Below are positions 9,014 through 18,126 of a stretch of DNA of 64,000 nucleotides, piece by piece. Source of the DNA: Nitrososphaeraceae archaeon (GTDB taxonomy: Archaea > Thermoproteota > Nitrososphaeria > Nitrososphaerales > Nitrososphaeraceae). Within the stretch, counting starts at the first letter, position 1. Each line of letters begins with the position of its first letter. The DNA is taken from contig JBIOZE010000131.1 of the NCBI GenBank assembly GCA_044870745.1, positions 430 to 64,429 on the forward strand. Direction: 5' to 3'. The notes beneath the pieces are model-generated. The model was not told the origin of the DNA, ran no database searches, and saw only the letters and a program-made list of their open reading frames with translations. The position numbers and the translations under genes are program-made.

Positions 9014-11107
9014 TTAATTGCTTTTATCTTTCCAGGTAATGTTAGAATATAGCATTTTAGGAACAAGCTTCTTAAATTCTGTCCCGTCTCCTACATACCA
9101 TTTTGGAAACCATTCGTATAGGTGCAGTCTTATTGTCTGGATATACACTATTAGTCCTTCAATTAGCATTATACCAATGTTTCCGCCGATTAAGACCGCA
9201 AGACCTCCACCTCCTATGTACGATTCATTTACTGTAACCAGCAATGCTGCATGAACAAGGAGCATAATTCCGAGCCTCGTATAGCTAATTACATTTGAAA
9301 GAACTTCTATAATTCGAACAAGAATTACTTCGATAATAATTCCCATTAGGCCACCGCCCTCATCTTGACCATGTTTGGCAGCCTCCTCTTGTTCTTTCTT
9401 TGCTCCGTATATCATGACGGCTACGGTAGCAATGATTACAGGAGGTGCAGCTTTAGCCACCAAGTCTACAGTGACCCAATCACCAAATACGTAGGAAAGC
9501 CAAGGTACAGGTTCATTATGAATTTCGCCGGTGACTCCAAACATCCCAATAATATCATATCCCGAACCTATGGCAGCCAAAATAAGAGCGACTACAGCAT
9601 AGAATTGTACAATTGTAGGTATGTCATGAGTCAAAACAAACTGCTTTTTACCATCCTTAATATCTTTACTGAGCCTAAGAAACATGGCCATAGATAAGTG
9701 AACAATACCAATAGCTACTGATACTTTTAGGATTTTTACAACTTGATCAAATGTTAATTCTGAAACATTCAAAACCCCGACTACGTTACTTAACGGAACG
9801 TACACCCATTGCACGATGGCTATCTCTTGTATGTGAAATCCAAATACTTCTCCTGTCAACAATCCTGCTATAGCGGACGCGACACCACTAGCAGCTATCA
9901 ATGTCCCCCAAGTTCTTATTGATCCATTTCCCCTTATTCTCAGAAGCATTCCAAGTCCGAACAGAAGTAGTCCATGACCCAAATCCCCAAACATTATTCC
10001 AAAGAATACTGGCCAAACAAAAGCTATGATCGGAGTCGGATCAGTCTCACCGAATCCAGGGAAGCCTTGAGTCTGGGTTATGACCTCGAAAGTCTTGATA
10101 TATTTCTTGTTAGTAAGAAGGGTAGGAAGGGCTTCATTCTCCTTTTCCGGAACCCTAGCTTCTTCCAATACTGTTACGTAATCCTTCGTCAGGTTCTTGA
10201 ATTTTTTTTCATCAGCATCAGGAATGTACCCTTGGATCATTGCAAAATTTTTGGTGCCTGCCGGCTTTCTGGTCGTTTCTAATACGTCTTTAGCAAGCTT
10301 TGCAGATTCATGCAATGATAGAATCTTAGGTATGACTGCCGATTTCTTTAAAGCCTCAATTTTTTTCGAGAGTTCTTTGGACTTTGCTTCAAGTTCCTTT
10401 ATTTTTTTCTGACTCTGAGCATAGGCAGCACTTGGATTCTGTGGAAGATTAGGAGGAATTTGGATTGGGTGTACATTGAAACTACGAAGTACCTTAATTA
10501 TTCTCTCAGCGTCTTCTTTCGATCCCAAAAGCACTAATGATGATTTTTCATCATTTAGTTTAGTTGTATATATGGTTAGATCGCTCAAACTTCTTTGAAT
10601 TTCTTGAACATCTTTTGAATCAACTACGAAAATCTCGGCAAAAAATCTCTTGAGGTTTTTAAAGGAACTAAAGTCCAAATTCAGACTTGAAGCAGCCTTA
10701 AGGGCAGAGGTTATATTATAATATTCTTCTAATTCTTTCGTAATGCTGTTTTGCGTTGAAATTAGAGACTTTGGTTCCTCAAGGATCGCATTACTCTTAT
10801 GCTCCAATTCCTCTATGAAGCCTCTGATATCCTGGATTGAGTAATCAGTCTTTTCTTTTGGGGCCCCGCTAAACATGGTTGACATTACCCCTGTTTCCAG
10901 TGGGATGCCCAACGCCCTTATGACTTCATCGATATCCTGATACAACTTTTGCGACCTTAGTAACAAGTCATCCATGAATGGATGTGAATACTCGGATGTG
11001 TTCTGAAGCGAGTGAAAAGATTCAAGAGCTGCCAACTTACTTACTGCTTCCTGAGTTTCTATTCGTGGCAAGATTACTGTCGCCTTTAGTAATTTAGCTA
11101 GCCCCAT
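9014..11107 (-). CDS. atpI: A/V-type ATP synthase subunit I (a)
   Basis: ETDPT, FFGIMFGDLGHG, conserved Arg in SYTRL, RLHLYEWF. Start moved to ATG 11107 (MGLAKL), 29 nt from TATA at 11137-11144. Confidence 0.95.
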   Translation of the reverse strand: MGLAKLLKATVILPRIETQEAVSKLAALESFHSLQNTSEYSHPFMDDLLLRSQKLYQDIDEVIRALGIPLETGVMSTMFSGAPKEKTDYSIQDIRGFIEELEHKSNAILEEPKSLISTQNSITKELEEYYNITSALKAASSLNLDFSSFKNLKRFFAEIFVVDSKDVQEIQRSLSDLTIYTTKLNDEKSSLVLLGSKEDAERIIKVLRSFNVHPIQIPPNLPQNPSAAYAQSQKKIKELEAKSKELSKKIEALKKSAVIPKILSLHESAKLAKDVLETTRKPAGTKNFAMIQGYIPDADEKKFKNLTKDYVTVLEEARVPEKENEALPTLLTNKKYIKTFEVITQTQGFPGFGETDPTPIIAFVWPVFFGIMFGDLGHGLLLFGLGMLLRIRGNGSIRTWGTLIAASGVASAIAGLLTGEVFGFHIQEIAIVQWVYVPLSNVVGVLNVSELTFDQVVKILKVSVAIGIVHLSMAMFLRLSKDIKDGKKQFVLTHDIPTIVQFYAVVALILAAIGSGYDIIGMFGVTGEIHNEPVPWLSYVFGDWVTVDLVAKAAPPVIIATVAVMIYGAKKEQEEAAKHGQDEGGGLMGIIIEVILVRIIEVLSNVISYTRLGIMLLVHAALLVTVNESYIGGGGLAVLIGGNIGIMLIEGLIVYIQTIRLHLYEWFPKWYVGDGTEFKKLVPKMLYSNITWKDKSN

Positions 11108-11544
11108 CTCTTTGCGTTTTTTGATAGGGTGTACACTTTTAATCTTTCCCTTTTGAGCATAAAGTGCACGAAAGAGAAAGCAGACTCCTAAAATAATCAT
11201 TATAGTGGCTACTCAAGAAAAAATGGTAGGATAACTAGAGTTCTTTCAGTTATTGAGCTATTTCACAGGATATGTGAGTCACAGATACTCAAGTTCGGTT
11301 CAAATCATGTTTTATGAACTGCAAAATTGAGTTCTTTCAGTAAGCCAGGTCCATGAATTCTTAATCAAATCATGAACAAGATTCTAGATTCCAGTTAGCC
11401 TTTACAAATGATTAGACTGGTTCAAATGGAGGTTGTCAAATCAAGTAAAACGTACTTATAAATGGTAACTTCTTACAATTTCTTTCAAAGGTCGTGATTA
11501 ATCTCTAGATAGCAGTATTGATGGGTTGAAAGATGGGATTCTTC

Positions 11545-11886
11545 CTACTGGCCCAATATGATGAACATCATTACTATACCGTAAATTGCAATTGATTCGA
11601 CCATGCCTACGAAGATAAACACTCTTGATTGCATCTTTGGGTTGTCACTAATAGCTGCTAGTCCTGCAGCACCTACGAATCCAAGACCTATACCCGCACC
11701 GGCTGCTGCCAGCCCAAATGCCATTCCTGCACCTATCAACTTTGAACCGCTGTCTGAAGCGGTAGATTCTGTACCTGATTCCTGTGCAAAGGCTTGAAAA
11801 TCTATTGCTAAGCAGCCGCAGAGAATGCTCATGGAGATAGCTAATATACTGAGTATGCGCTTTTGCCCAAACACATGACAGTTCAT
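11545..11886 (-). CDS. atpK: A-type ATP synthase proteolipid subunit K (c), single hairpin with N-terminal leader
   Basis: GLAAAGAGIGLG helix, ion-binding Glu in MVESIAIYG. ATG 11886 lies 22 nt from TATA (11909-11916). Confidence 0.93.
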   Translation of the reverse strand: MNCHVFGQKRILSILAISMSILCGCLAIDFQAFAQESGTESTASDSGSKLIGAGMAFGLAAAGAGIGLGFVGAAGLAAISDNPKMQSRVFIFVGMVESIAIYGIVMMFIILGQ

Positions 11887-11908
11887 ATTGGTTCGACATT
11901 TGATGCCA

Positions 11909-11916
11909 TATTTAAC
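11909..11916 (-). promoter_or_regulatory. TATA box of stand-alone atpK promoter
   Basis: GTTAAATA on minus strand, 22 nt upstream of ATG 11886. Confidence 0.55.
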
Positions 11917-12223
11917 TATAACTGCACAACATTGCTTAAACCACTTAATTTGTACTGTCATAACTCTTTAGAAGCTTTGTTCGCGTAGGGAGTGTCACCA
12001 CCGCCAACAAGCTCCTCTACTTCAATTTGCCTATTCTTTGGCGAATTGCGTAGACGAAATGATTAGGGCTTGGACTTATAAAATAGGCGGAGTATCTCTA
12101 CCGGTACTTGAAAAATCAAAACATTGACATCATGAGAGAAAATATCAATACCATCTACTTAACCTAACCTAGAAGACTCAGGACTATATTTTTTGAATTT
12201 ACTCAATCCGCAGTTAAGAAATT

Positions 12224-12358
12224 TTAATGCAATTTTGATAATGCTTTTTTCTTTATAGATTGAATTTCTTCTTTTATTTCAGCTATCTTGGCATCATGAC
12301 CTTTCTTCAGTTGTTCGCCGGATTGTTCGAACAGTCCTGTTATCTGATCAACACCCAT
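12224..12358 (-). CDS. Small helical protein in atp operon (44 aa), candidate minimal peripheral-stalk subunit
   Basis: Not in track. MGVDQITGLFEQSGEQLKKGHDAKIAEIKEEIQSIKKKALSKLH*, starts 29 nt after the atpD stop on the same strand, charged heptad pattern. Confidence 0.7.
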   Translation of the reverse strand: MGVDQITGLFEQSGEQLKKGHDAKIAEIKEEIQSIKKKALSKLH

Positions 12359-12387
12359 TACAATGCACATCTCTTTTCATATTTCAT

Positions 12388-13032
12388 TCAACTTAACGCT
12401 TTTTTACGATCAAGGACTACTTTAACCTTTTTAAGTCTCACAAATTCTTCGCGTTCACGTTCTTCCAATGTGGCCTTAATAAAGTAAATAGCCTCTTCAT
12501 AATGTGGTATTATTACAAATTCTAATGCATTTATCAGTTTTTGAGTACGCTCCAATTCTTTTGCCAGACTAAAAATGGCATTTTCATACTCTGCTGCTTT
12601 ACAGATATTTGGGAGCATATTCTTGATTAGTCTTGCTGCCTTGTCTACGGAAGCATTAGTTTCTGAGAATCCGTAAGTTAAATCCTGACCCCCTTGTCTT
12701 GTTTTGACATTCAATGTAGGGATCTTTACGTCGACTATTCTTCTAACATTTACATCAACTTCCATGATACTTGGAGTTGATTCAGCAATCGATTCAAGAG
12801 TAGAAGTCCCAAGGGTCATGTAAGCATCGTACACCGCCTGATATATGTTTGCAAGAGGCGACCAGATATCTCCACGTGCTTTATTCGCTTCCTCGATAAT
12901 TTCGTCGATCTTCTTTAAGAGAACTTCTCTTTTGTCGTCTAAAATTTTGTGCACCATTTTACCTACTTGAAGTGAACGCCGAATCTTGATTAATTCGATT
13001 TTTGTAGCAGTAACGCGTTTACCGAAGGACAA
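12388..13032 (-). CDS. atpD: A/V-type ATP synthase subunit D
   Basis: TKIELIKIRR, LDDKREVL, TQKLINALE, LEEREREEFVRLKKVK. TTG start. Confidence 0.95.
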   Translation of the reverse strand: MSFGKRVTATKIELIKIRRSLQVGKMVHKILDDKREVLLKKIDEIIEEANKARGDIWSPLANIYQAVYDAYMTLGTSTLESIAESTPSIMEVDVNVRRIVDVKIPTLNVKTRQGGQDLTYGFSETNASVDKAARLIKNMLPNICKAAEYENAIFSLAKELERTQKLINALEFVIIPHYEEAIYFIKATLEEREREEFVRLKKVKVVLDRKKALS

Positions 13033-13052
13033 TTTGATTTATTCTAATTCCG

Positions 13053-14444
13053 TCATTTTGTAGATTTCTTATAGTACTGACCAACGTGCTTATCTTTAAT
13101 TTTGGTTAGTTCGCCTTCGGGTAAGCTCGATAATATTTCCCAGGCTCTTCCTAAAGTTTCTTCTAACGTGCGGTTCTCATCTTGATTTTGCTTCAGGAAA
13201 TAATCCTCAAACATATCTCCGGCATCAAGATATTTTAGATCAACCCCGGTTAGACCTGCCCTTCCGACGATTTCAGAAAGGGCCCTCACCTCCTGAGCCC
13301 TGGAGTACAAATCGTAAAGTTGGTTTCCAACTTCCATATGATCAGATCTTGTCTTTCCTTCACCAACTCCATCTTTCATTAATCTAGATAGCGACATCAA
13401 GACGTTTACTGGCGGATATATCCCCTTTCTGAACAAGTCACGTCCTAGGACAATTTGTCCTTCGGTAATATAGCCTGTCAGATCAGGTATTGGATGAGTA
13501 ATATCATCTGCTGGCATCGAAAGAATAGGAACTTGGGTCACACTTCCATTCTTGCCCTTTACCCTGCCAGCGCGTTCATAGTTATTTGCCAAGTCAGTGT
13601 AAAGGTAACCAGGATAGCCTTTTCTTCCTGGAACTTCCTCCCTTGCAGCACTTATCTCTCTCAATGCCTCAGCATAATTTGTCATATCAGTTAAAATCGC
13701 CAACACATGCATCTCAAGTTCAAAGGCCAAATACTCTGCAACAGTTAATGCCACTCTAGGAGTGATAATTCTTTCAATTGCAGGATCGTCAGCAAGATTC
13801 AAAAATAATACACTTCTCCGAAGAGCTCCTGATTCCTCAAGACTTCTCTTGAAATATTGGGCCTCAGAGTATTGTACTCCTATTGCTGCAAAGACGACAG
13901 CAAAGTCCTCTTTTGTACCCACGACTGCGGCTTGACGTGCTATCTGGGCAGCCAGTATATTATGAGGCATGCCAGAGCCAGAGAATATCGGAAGCTTCTG
14001 ACCTCGCACGAGAGTTAACATTCCATCGATTACAGATACGCCAGTCTGGATGAAAGAAGTAGGATATTCCCTGCTTTCTGGGTTCATGGGCTCGCCGTTT
14101 ACGTCAAGAAATTTGTCAGCCACTGGTTCCGGAAGACCATCGTTAGGTCTACCTAATCCATCGAAAACCCTCCCTAGCAGTTCGTGCGAAACAGGCATTG
14201 TCATAGTTTTGCCGAGGAATTTGGCCTTTGTTCCAGTAATTGCAAGTCCAGTGGTGCCTTCAAAAACTTGGATTATAGCTTTACCATTACCAACTTCAAG
14301 GACTTTACCTAATCTCCTATCTCCTTCATTAGTTTCAATTTCAACCAGTTCGTCGAATGACACCTTAGTTACCCCATCTATGACCATCAACGGACCTTTT
14401 ATTTCTGCTACTTTGGTATATTCTACGCCGACTGATTCAGACAG
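13053..14444 (-). CDS. atpB: A/V-type ATP synthase subunit B (probable CTG start)
   Basis: [46 protein letters not shown]. Frame extends upstream of the track ATG (14390) through the conserved [12 protein letters not shown] to CTG at 14444. Confidence 0.95.
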   Translation of the reverse strand: MSESVGVEYTKVAEIKGPLMVIDGVTKVSFDELVEIETNEGDRRLGKVLEVGNGKAIIQVFEGTTGLAITGTKAKFLGKTMTMPVSHELLGRVFDGLGRPNDGLPEPVADKFLDVNGEPMNPESREYPTSFIQTGVSVIDGMLTLVRGQKLPIFSGSGMPHNILAAQIARQAAVVGTKEDFAVVFAAIGVQYSEAQYFKRSLEESGALRRSVLFLNLADDPAIERIITPRVALTVAEYLAFELEMHVLAILTDMTNYAEALREISAAREEVPGRKGYPGYLYTDLANNYERAGRVKGKNGSVTQVPILSMPADDITHPIPDLTGYITEGQIVLGRDLFRKGIYPPVNVLMSLSRLMKDGVGEGKTRSDHMEVGNQLYDLYSRAQEVRALSEIVGRAGLTGVDLKYLDAGDMFEDYFLKQNQDENRTLEETLGRAWEILSSLPEGELTKIKDKHVGQYYKKSTK

Positions 14445-16227
14445 AGACTTTCACCTCCCGAGCCACTGTACCCTTGAATTCTTCAGACATTCGTCTATCT
14501 AATTCATCCAATCTGGAGATCTGATCATCTGGAATTTCAAATTTAGCCTTCAGCAACGATGTTATGATTGGCATTGCACGAATATCTGCAAGCGACTTCC
14601 CTTCCTTCAAGGCTTTTTGGGCTTCCTTATAGAACTTTACCATCAATCTTACTAATTTCAATTGCTTTTGAGGGCTACAGTAAGTATCGATTTTATCGAA
14701 TGAATTTTGTTGCAAGATTCCTATCTTAATCATTCTAGCTACCTCCAGAACCAATTTTTCTTCATCTGGTAATGCTTCTGGACCTAAAAGTCTAACGATC
14801 TCCTTTAGAGTATCTTCTTTTTGCAATATTTGATAAGATTCTGATCTTAGATCATACCAATCAGCGCTAACATTTTCTTTCCACCACTTTGAGACATCAT
14901 CCAGATATCCTGAATAGGATTGCATCCAATTTATTGATGGATAATGCCTAGAATACGCTAGCCTTGTATCAAGAGCCCAAAATGTCTTTATAAATCTGAT
15001 TGTATGCGTGGTAACTGGTTCTGTAAAGTCTGCGCCTGAAGGTGAGACTGCTCCCACAATAGTGACAGAACCTGCTCGTTCCGGAGATCCAAGAGCTCTA
15101 ACTCGTCCGGCTCTTTCATAGAATTCTGCCAGTCGAGATGCAAGGTATGAGGGATATCCCTCTTCAGCTGGCATTTCTTCCAGTCTACCGGACATCTCTC
15201 TCAATGCTTCGGCCCATCTACTAGTTGAATCCGCCACCAGCACGACATCGTATCCCATATCTCTATAATATTCTGCGATTGTTACACCCGTATAGATAGA
15301 AGCTTCTCGTGCAGCCACAGGCATGTTACTCGTATTAGCAACAAGGACAGTTCTTTCCATCAATGGACTACCTGATCGAGGATCTATTAAATGGGGAAAT
15401 TCGACGAGAACTTCAGTCATTTCATTTCCTCTTTCACCACAGCCTATGTAAACGACACCCTTTGAATCTGCCCACTTGGCTATTTGGTGCAAAGTTACTG
15501 TTTTGCCAGTACCGAAGCCGCCGGGAATCGCTCCGGTACCTCCTTTCGCTATAGGAAAATATGTATCAATTATACGTTGACCTGTAATCAGAGGTACTGT
15601 AGGATCATACCTTTGGGCATAGGGCCTTGGACGTCGTACTGGCCATTTATGGTACATCTTAAAATCCGTCTTTGCTCCACTTTTACTTTTAGAGTATAAG
15701 AGAGGGTGTTCAAGATCATATTCTCCCTCCCCAACTACTTCGGTAATTACTCCACCTTCATAGTTGGGAGGGATCAAGATACTGTGTGTAACCAATGGAG
15801 TCTCCTCTACGGTACCGATAATAGATCCCCCTTCAATGGAGTCCCCTTTCTTTAACGAAGGAATAAAGTTGTATTTCTTTTTCATATCAACAGGCGTAGT
15901 TGCTATCCCTCTGCCGATGAAGGCACCTGATTTTTGAGCAATATCATCAAGAGGTCTCTGAATTCCGTCATAAATCTTACCTATAATACCTGGACCTAGA
16001 AAAACAGACAAGGGTTGTCCAGTTCCAACCACAGGTTCTCCTGGTCTTAAGCCTGATGTTGATTCATAAACTTGAACAAAAGCAATGTCGCCTGTAAGCC
16101 TAATGACCTCGCCTATAAGCTTGGTATCTCCTACCTCGACTGTTTCATACATCTTAGCAGAGGACATTCCGTCAGCCTTTACTGCTGGTCCGCTTACCCA
16201 AACTATTTTTCCTTTAGCTACAGCCAT
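14437..16227 (-). CDS. atpA: A/V-type ATP synthase subunit A
   Basis: P-loop [36 protein letters not shown]. 596 aa, so no intein. Confidence 0.98.
   Translation of the reverse strand: MAVAKGKIVWVSGPAVKADGMSSAKMYETVEVGDTKLIGEVIRLTGDIAFVQVYESTSGLRPGEPVVGTGQPLSVFLGPGIIGKIYDGIQRPLDDIAQKSGAFIGRGIATTPVDMKKKYNFIPSLKKGDSIEGGSIIGTVEETPLVTHSILIPPNYEGGVITEVVGEGEYDLEHPLLYSKSKSGAKTDFKMYHKWPVRRPRPYAQRYDPTVPLITGQRIIDTYFPIAKGGTGAIPGGFGTGKTVTLHQIAKWADSKGVVYIGCGERGNEMTEVLVEFPHLIDPRSGSPLMERTVLVANTSNMPVAAREASIYTGVTIAEYYRDMGYDVVLVADSTSRWAEALREMSGRLEEMPAEEGYPSYLASRLAEFYERAGRVRALGSPERAGSVTIVGAVSPSGADFTEPVTTHTIRFIKTFWALDTRLAYSRHYPSINWMQSYSGYLDDVSKWWKENVSADWYDLRSESYQILQKEDTLKEIVRLLGPEALPDEEKLVLEVARMIKIGILQQNSFDKIDTYCSPQKQLKLVRLMVKFYKEAQKALKEGKSLADIRAMPIITSLLKAKFEIPDDQISRLDELDRRMSEEFKGTVAREVKVSV
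14451..14458 (-). promoter_or_regulatory. Shine-Dalgarno GGAGGTGA for atpB, inside the atpA 3' end
   Basis: Perfect archaeal SD 6 nt before CTG 14444. Confidence 0.8.
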
Positions 16228-16233
16228 CTCTCC

Positions 16234-16848
16234 TCATTCGCTCCTGAGCAGTTGGACTATCTCTTTCCTTATTAAAGGTTTGAGCCTTTCAATCCTAGAC
16301 TCCATGGAATTGTCAAGTGTCATTGTCCCGTCATCGGACCTAGCTCTAATTCCGCCTGCTATATCTATTGGTTTCTTGGAGAGAGTTAGTTTTCTTTTGT
16401 TATTCTTATTGCCAGAGAGGTCTAGTATAACCTTCCTCACCAGTTCATAATCATTCTTATTACATTCAATATTAATTTCCGTGGACTCCAGTTTTGAAAG
16501 ACTATCTTCAATCATTTTCCTTATTAGCTCCTTGTATGACTTTTCGTCAGGCCTTGATTGAAGTCTTTCTTTCGCTTTCTCAAAAATTTCATTAATTGCT
16601 GATTCTATAAGAAGGAGTTCTTTGTTCCTAGCATTGAGGCGACTTGAGCCTATTATTTGACGTTTTAAATTTTCTGCCTGCTTTTTAGCAGATTCGATTA
16701 TGGCTTCGTACTCGCCCTGAAGTTTTGTACGCGAGGCTTGGAGGTCATTTTTTGCCTGTTCAAAAGCCGAGTCAATTTGGGAGACAAATTCGGATTCAGC
16801 TTGTGATAATACTTTGTCAATAGTTCTCTCTAGAGAAGTTGAACTCAT
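16234..16848 (-). CDS. atpE: A/V-type ATP synthase subunit E
   Basis: Coiled-coil N-half, GGIRARSDDG...LDNSMESRIE C-domain, first gene of E-A-B-D. Confidence 0.92.
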   Translation of the reverse strand: MSSTSLERTIDKVLSQAESEFVSQIDSAFEQAKNDLQASRTKLQGEYEAIIESAKKQAENLKRQIIGSSRLNARNKELLLIESAINEIFEKAKERLQSRPDEKSYKELIRKMIEDSLSKLESTEINIECNKNDYELVRKVILDLSGNKNNKRKLTLSKKPIDIAGGIRARSDDGTMTLDNSMESRIERLKPLIRKEIVQLLRSE

Positions 16849-16874
16849 CTAAAACTTGGAAAAAGATTGAGTGA

Positions 16875-16888
16875 TTTTAACCTTTTGA
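16875..16888 (-). promoter_or_regulatory. BRE/TATA of the atpE-A-B-D operon
   Basis: Minus strand CAAAAGGTTAAAA ending 26 nt before ATG 16848. Confidence 0.6.
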
Positions 16889-16959
16889 TAGAATATGGAT
16901 TTCTGAACAGTGACATGACTGATCTAAGGTTCTCTGTGCTATTGTCTTGGACAGGCGTG

Positions 16960-17469
16960 CTATTTGAAATTTGATGAAATTATGTCATTCAATTTTTCAA
17001 TCCAACACTCTATTTCAGCGACATGAGTGCCCATCCAATACACATTAGAACACTCCTTGCATTCGTAAAAAATTTCATAATTGTTGAACACTTTATCTTT
17101 AACCTTTTCTTTGATTTTTTCCTTTGGACTTCTTGTGATTGCGCCGTTACAATTTGGACACCTAGCCAAACTTTGGTTAAACTTAAGCATCTTTGAATGA
17201 CTTTTCAGAATATTGCCTATGTTTTGCAAATCGTTTCCCGAATGTAAGAGAACTGCTGGAATTTTCTTGTTTACCGATCTAAAGAACAACTCCCTGTCTG
17301 CAGTAATTACTGTTCTTCTTTGTTCAAGCCCCATCCGAATTACATCACCGTCTCGTATACGTGAAGAATAATAGGTATCAAAACCAAGAATCCTTAATTT
17401 TCTTGCCACACTCCCAAACATCGAATCAACAATATATCTTGGTTGATTTGGATTATTGAGTGGTGTCAC
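16960..17469 (-). CDS. Mut7-C RNase domain (PIN-like, DUF82) protein
   Basis: VDSMFGSVARKLRILGFDT, ITADREL, CPNC...CKEC then YWMGTH. GTG 17469 overlaps the end of the CBS gene. Confidence 0.88.
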   Translation of the reverse strand: MTPLNNPNQPRYIVDSMFGSVARKLRILGFDTYYSSRIRDGDVIRMGLEQRRTVITADRELFFRSVNKKIPAVLLHSGNDLQNIGNILKSHSKMLKFNQSLARCPNCNGAITRSPKEKIKEKVKDKVFNNYEIFYECKECSNVYWMGTHVAEIECWIEKLNDIISSNFK

Positions 17470-17998
17470 CTCTACACCCTTCACAAGTAAATGTTCCCTC
17501 GCTGTACATCAGCATGTCAGACCATTCTCCACATTCGTCGCAATATCCCGAAATATTTGAAGCTGGACGCCCGATTTCTCCTCTGACAATCCCTGCCTTC
17601 TCCGAGACAACATCCACCAATTCCGGAGTGACGGCTATTACATCAGAGGCTGAAATTATGCCGACTAGTCTTCCTTTATATACTACGCCTAAACGCTTTA
17701 TGTTATTCTTTCTTAAAACCCGCGCGGCTTCGGTAATACTTTCTTCTGATTCAATCGTATGTATCGGCTGCATTATTTCTGACGCCTTCAGCAACCCAGG
17801 CTTGATGTCCTTGACCACGCCTCCTGAAACGATATCCCAATCAGTGACAATGCCAGCAGGAACTTTATTGTTGGTTATGACTATACTTCCTACTCTATGT
17901 TCGCTCATTTTCAGCGCGATGTCTTTTATCGAATCCTCTGGCTCTGCAGAAATTACTGGGCTGTTCATAACATCTCTAACGAGTACTCGTGTTGTCAT
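17453..17998 (-). CDS. CBS-pair protein with C-terminal Zn ribbon
   Basis: VRDVMNSPVI, GIVTDWDI, GIISASDV, CDEC...CEGC tail. ATG 17998 preferred over GTG 18037. Confidence 0.9.
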   Translation of the reverse strand: MTTRVLVRDVMNSPVISAEPEDSIKDIALKMSEHRVGSIVITNNKVPAGIVTDWDIVSGGVVKDIKPGLLKASEIMQPIHTIESEESITEAARVLRKNNIKRLGVVYKGRLVGIISASDVIAVTPELVDVVSEKAGIVRGEIGRPASNISGYCDECGEWSDMLMYSEGTFTCEGCRGDTTQ

Positions 17999-18126
17999 GT
18001 TAGCATCGATGTGTTCCCTTACTTGTTTCCGTGCCACGAAGTTAATTGAATATATCGCTTTAATTGCTTTACGGATAATAAATCATGTATTCTAATAATT
18101 GTGGCAATATTCTGACCGTAAATGAC

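Noticed and set aside
11107-11200. Track N-terminal extensions of atpI (also atpK, lysC and the ORFs at 6294, 20136, 59976, 60188)
   Set aside because: Extensions run through TATA-box sequence, and downstream starts give the 22-30 nt TATA spacing seen elsewhere.
11290-11430. GGTTCAAAT motifs resembling tRNA T-loops
   Set aside because: No acceptor, D or anticodon stems, and AT-rich context.
11968-12060. Minus-strand open stretch LRNSPKNRQIEVEELVGGGDTPYANKASKEL
   Set aside because: Bounded by an upstream TAA with no start codon.
14050-14502. 150-aa plus-strand ORF and other antisense ORFs over atp, nrdJ, topA and thrC
   Set aside because: Antisense to strongly conserved genes and no recognisable motifs.
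17460-18095. 211-aa plus-strand ORF
   Set aside because: Exact antisense shadow of the CBS-domain gene, with S/T/I-rich shadow composition.
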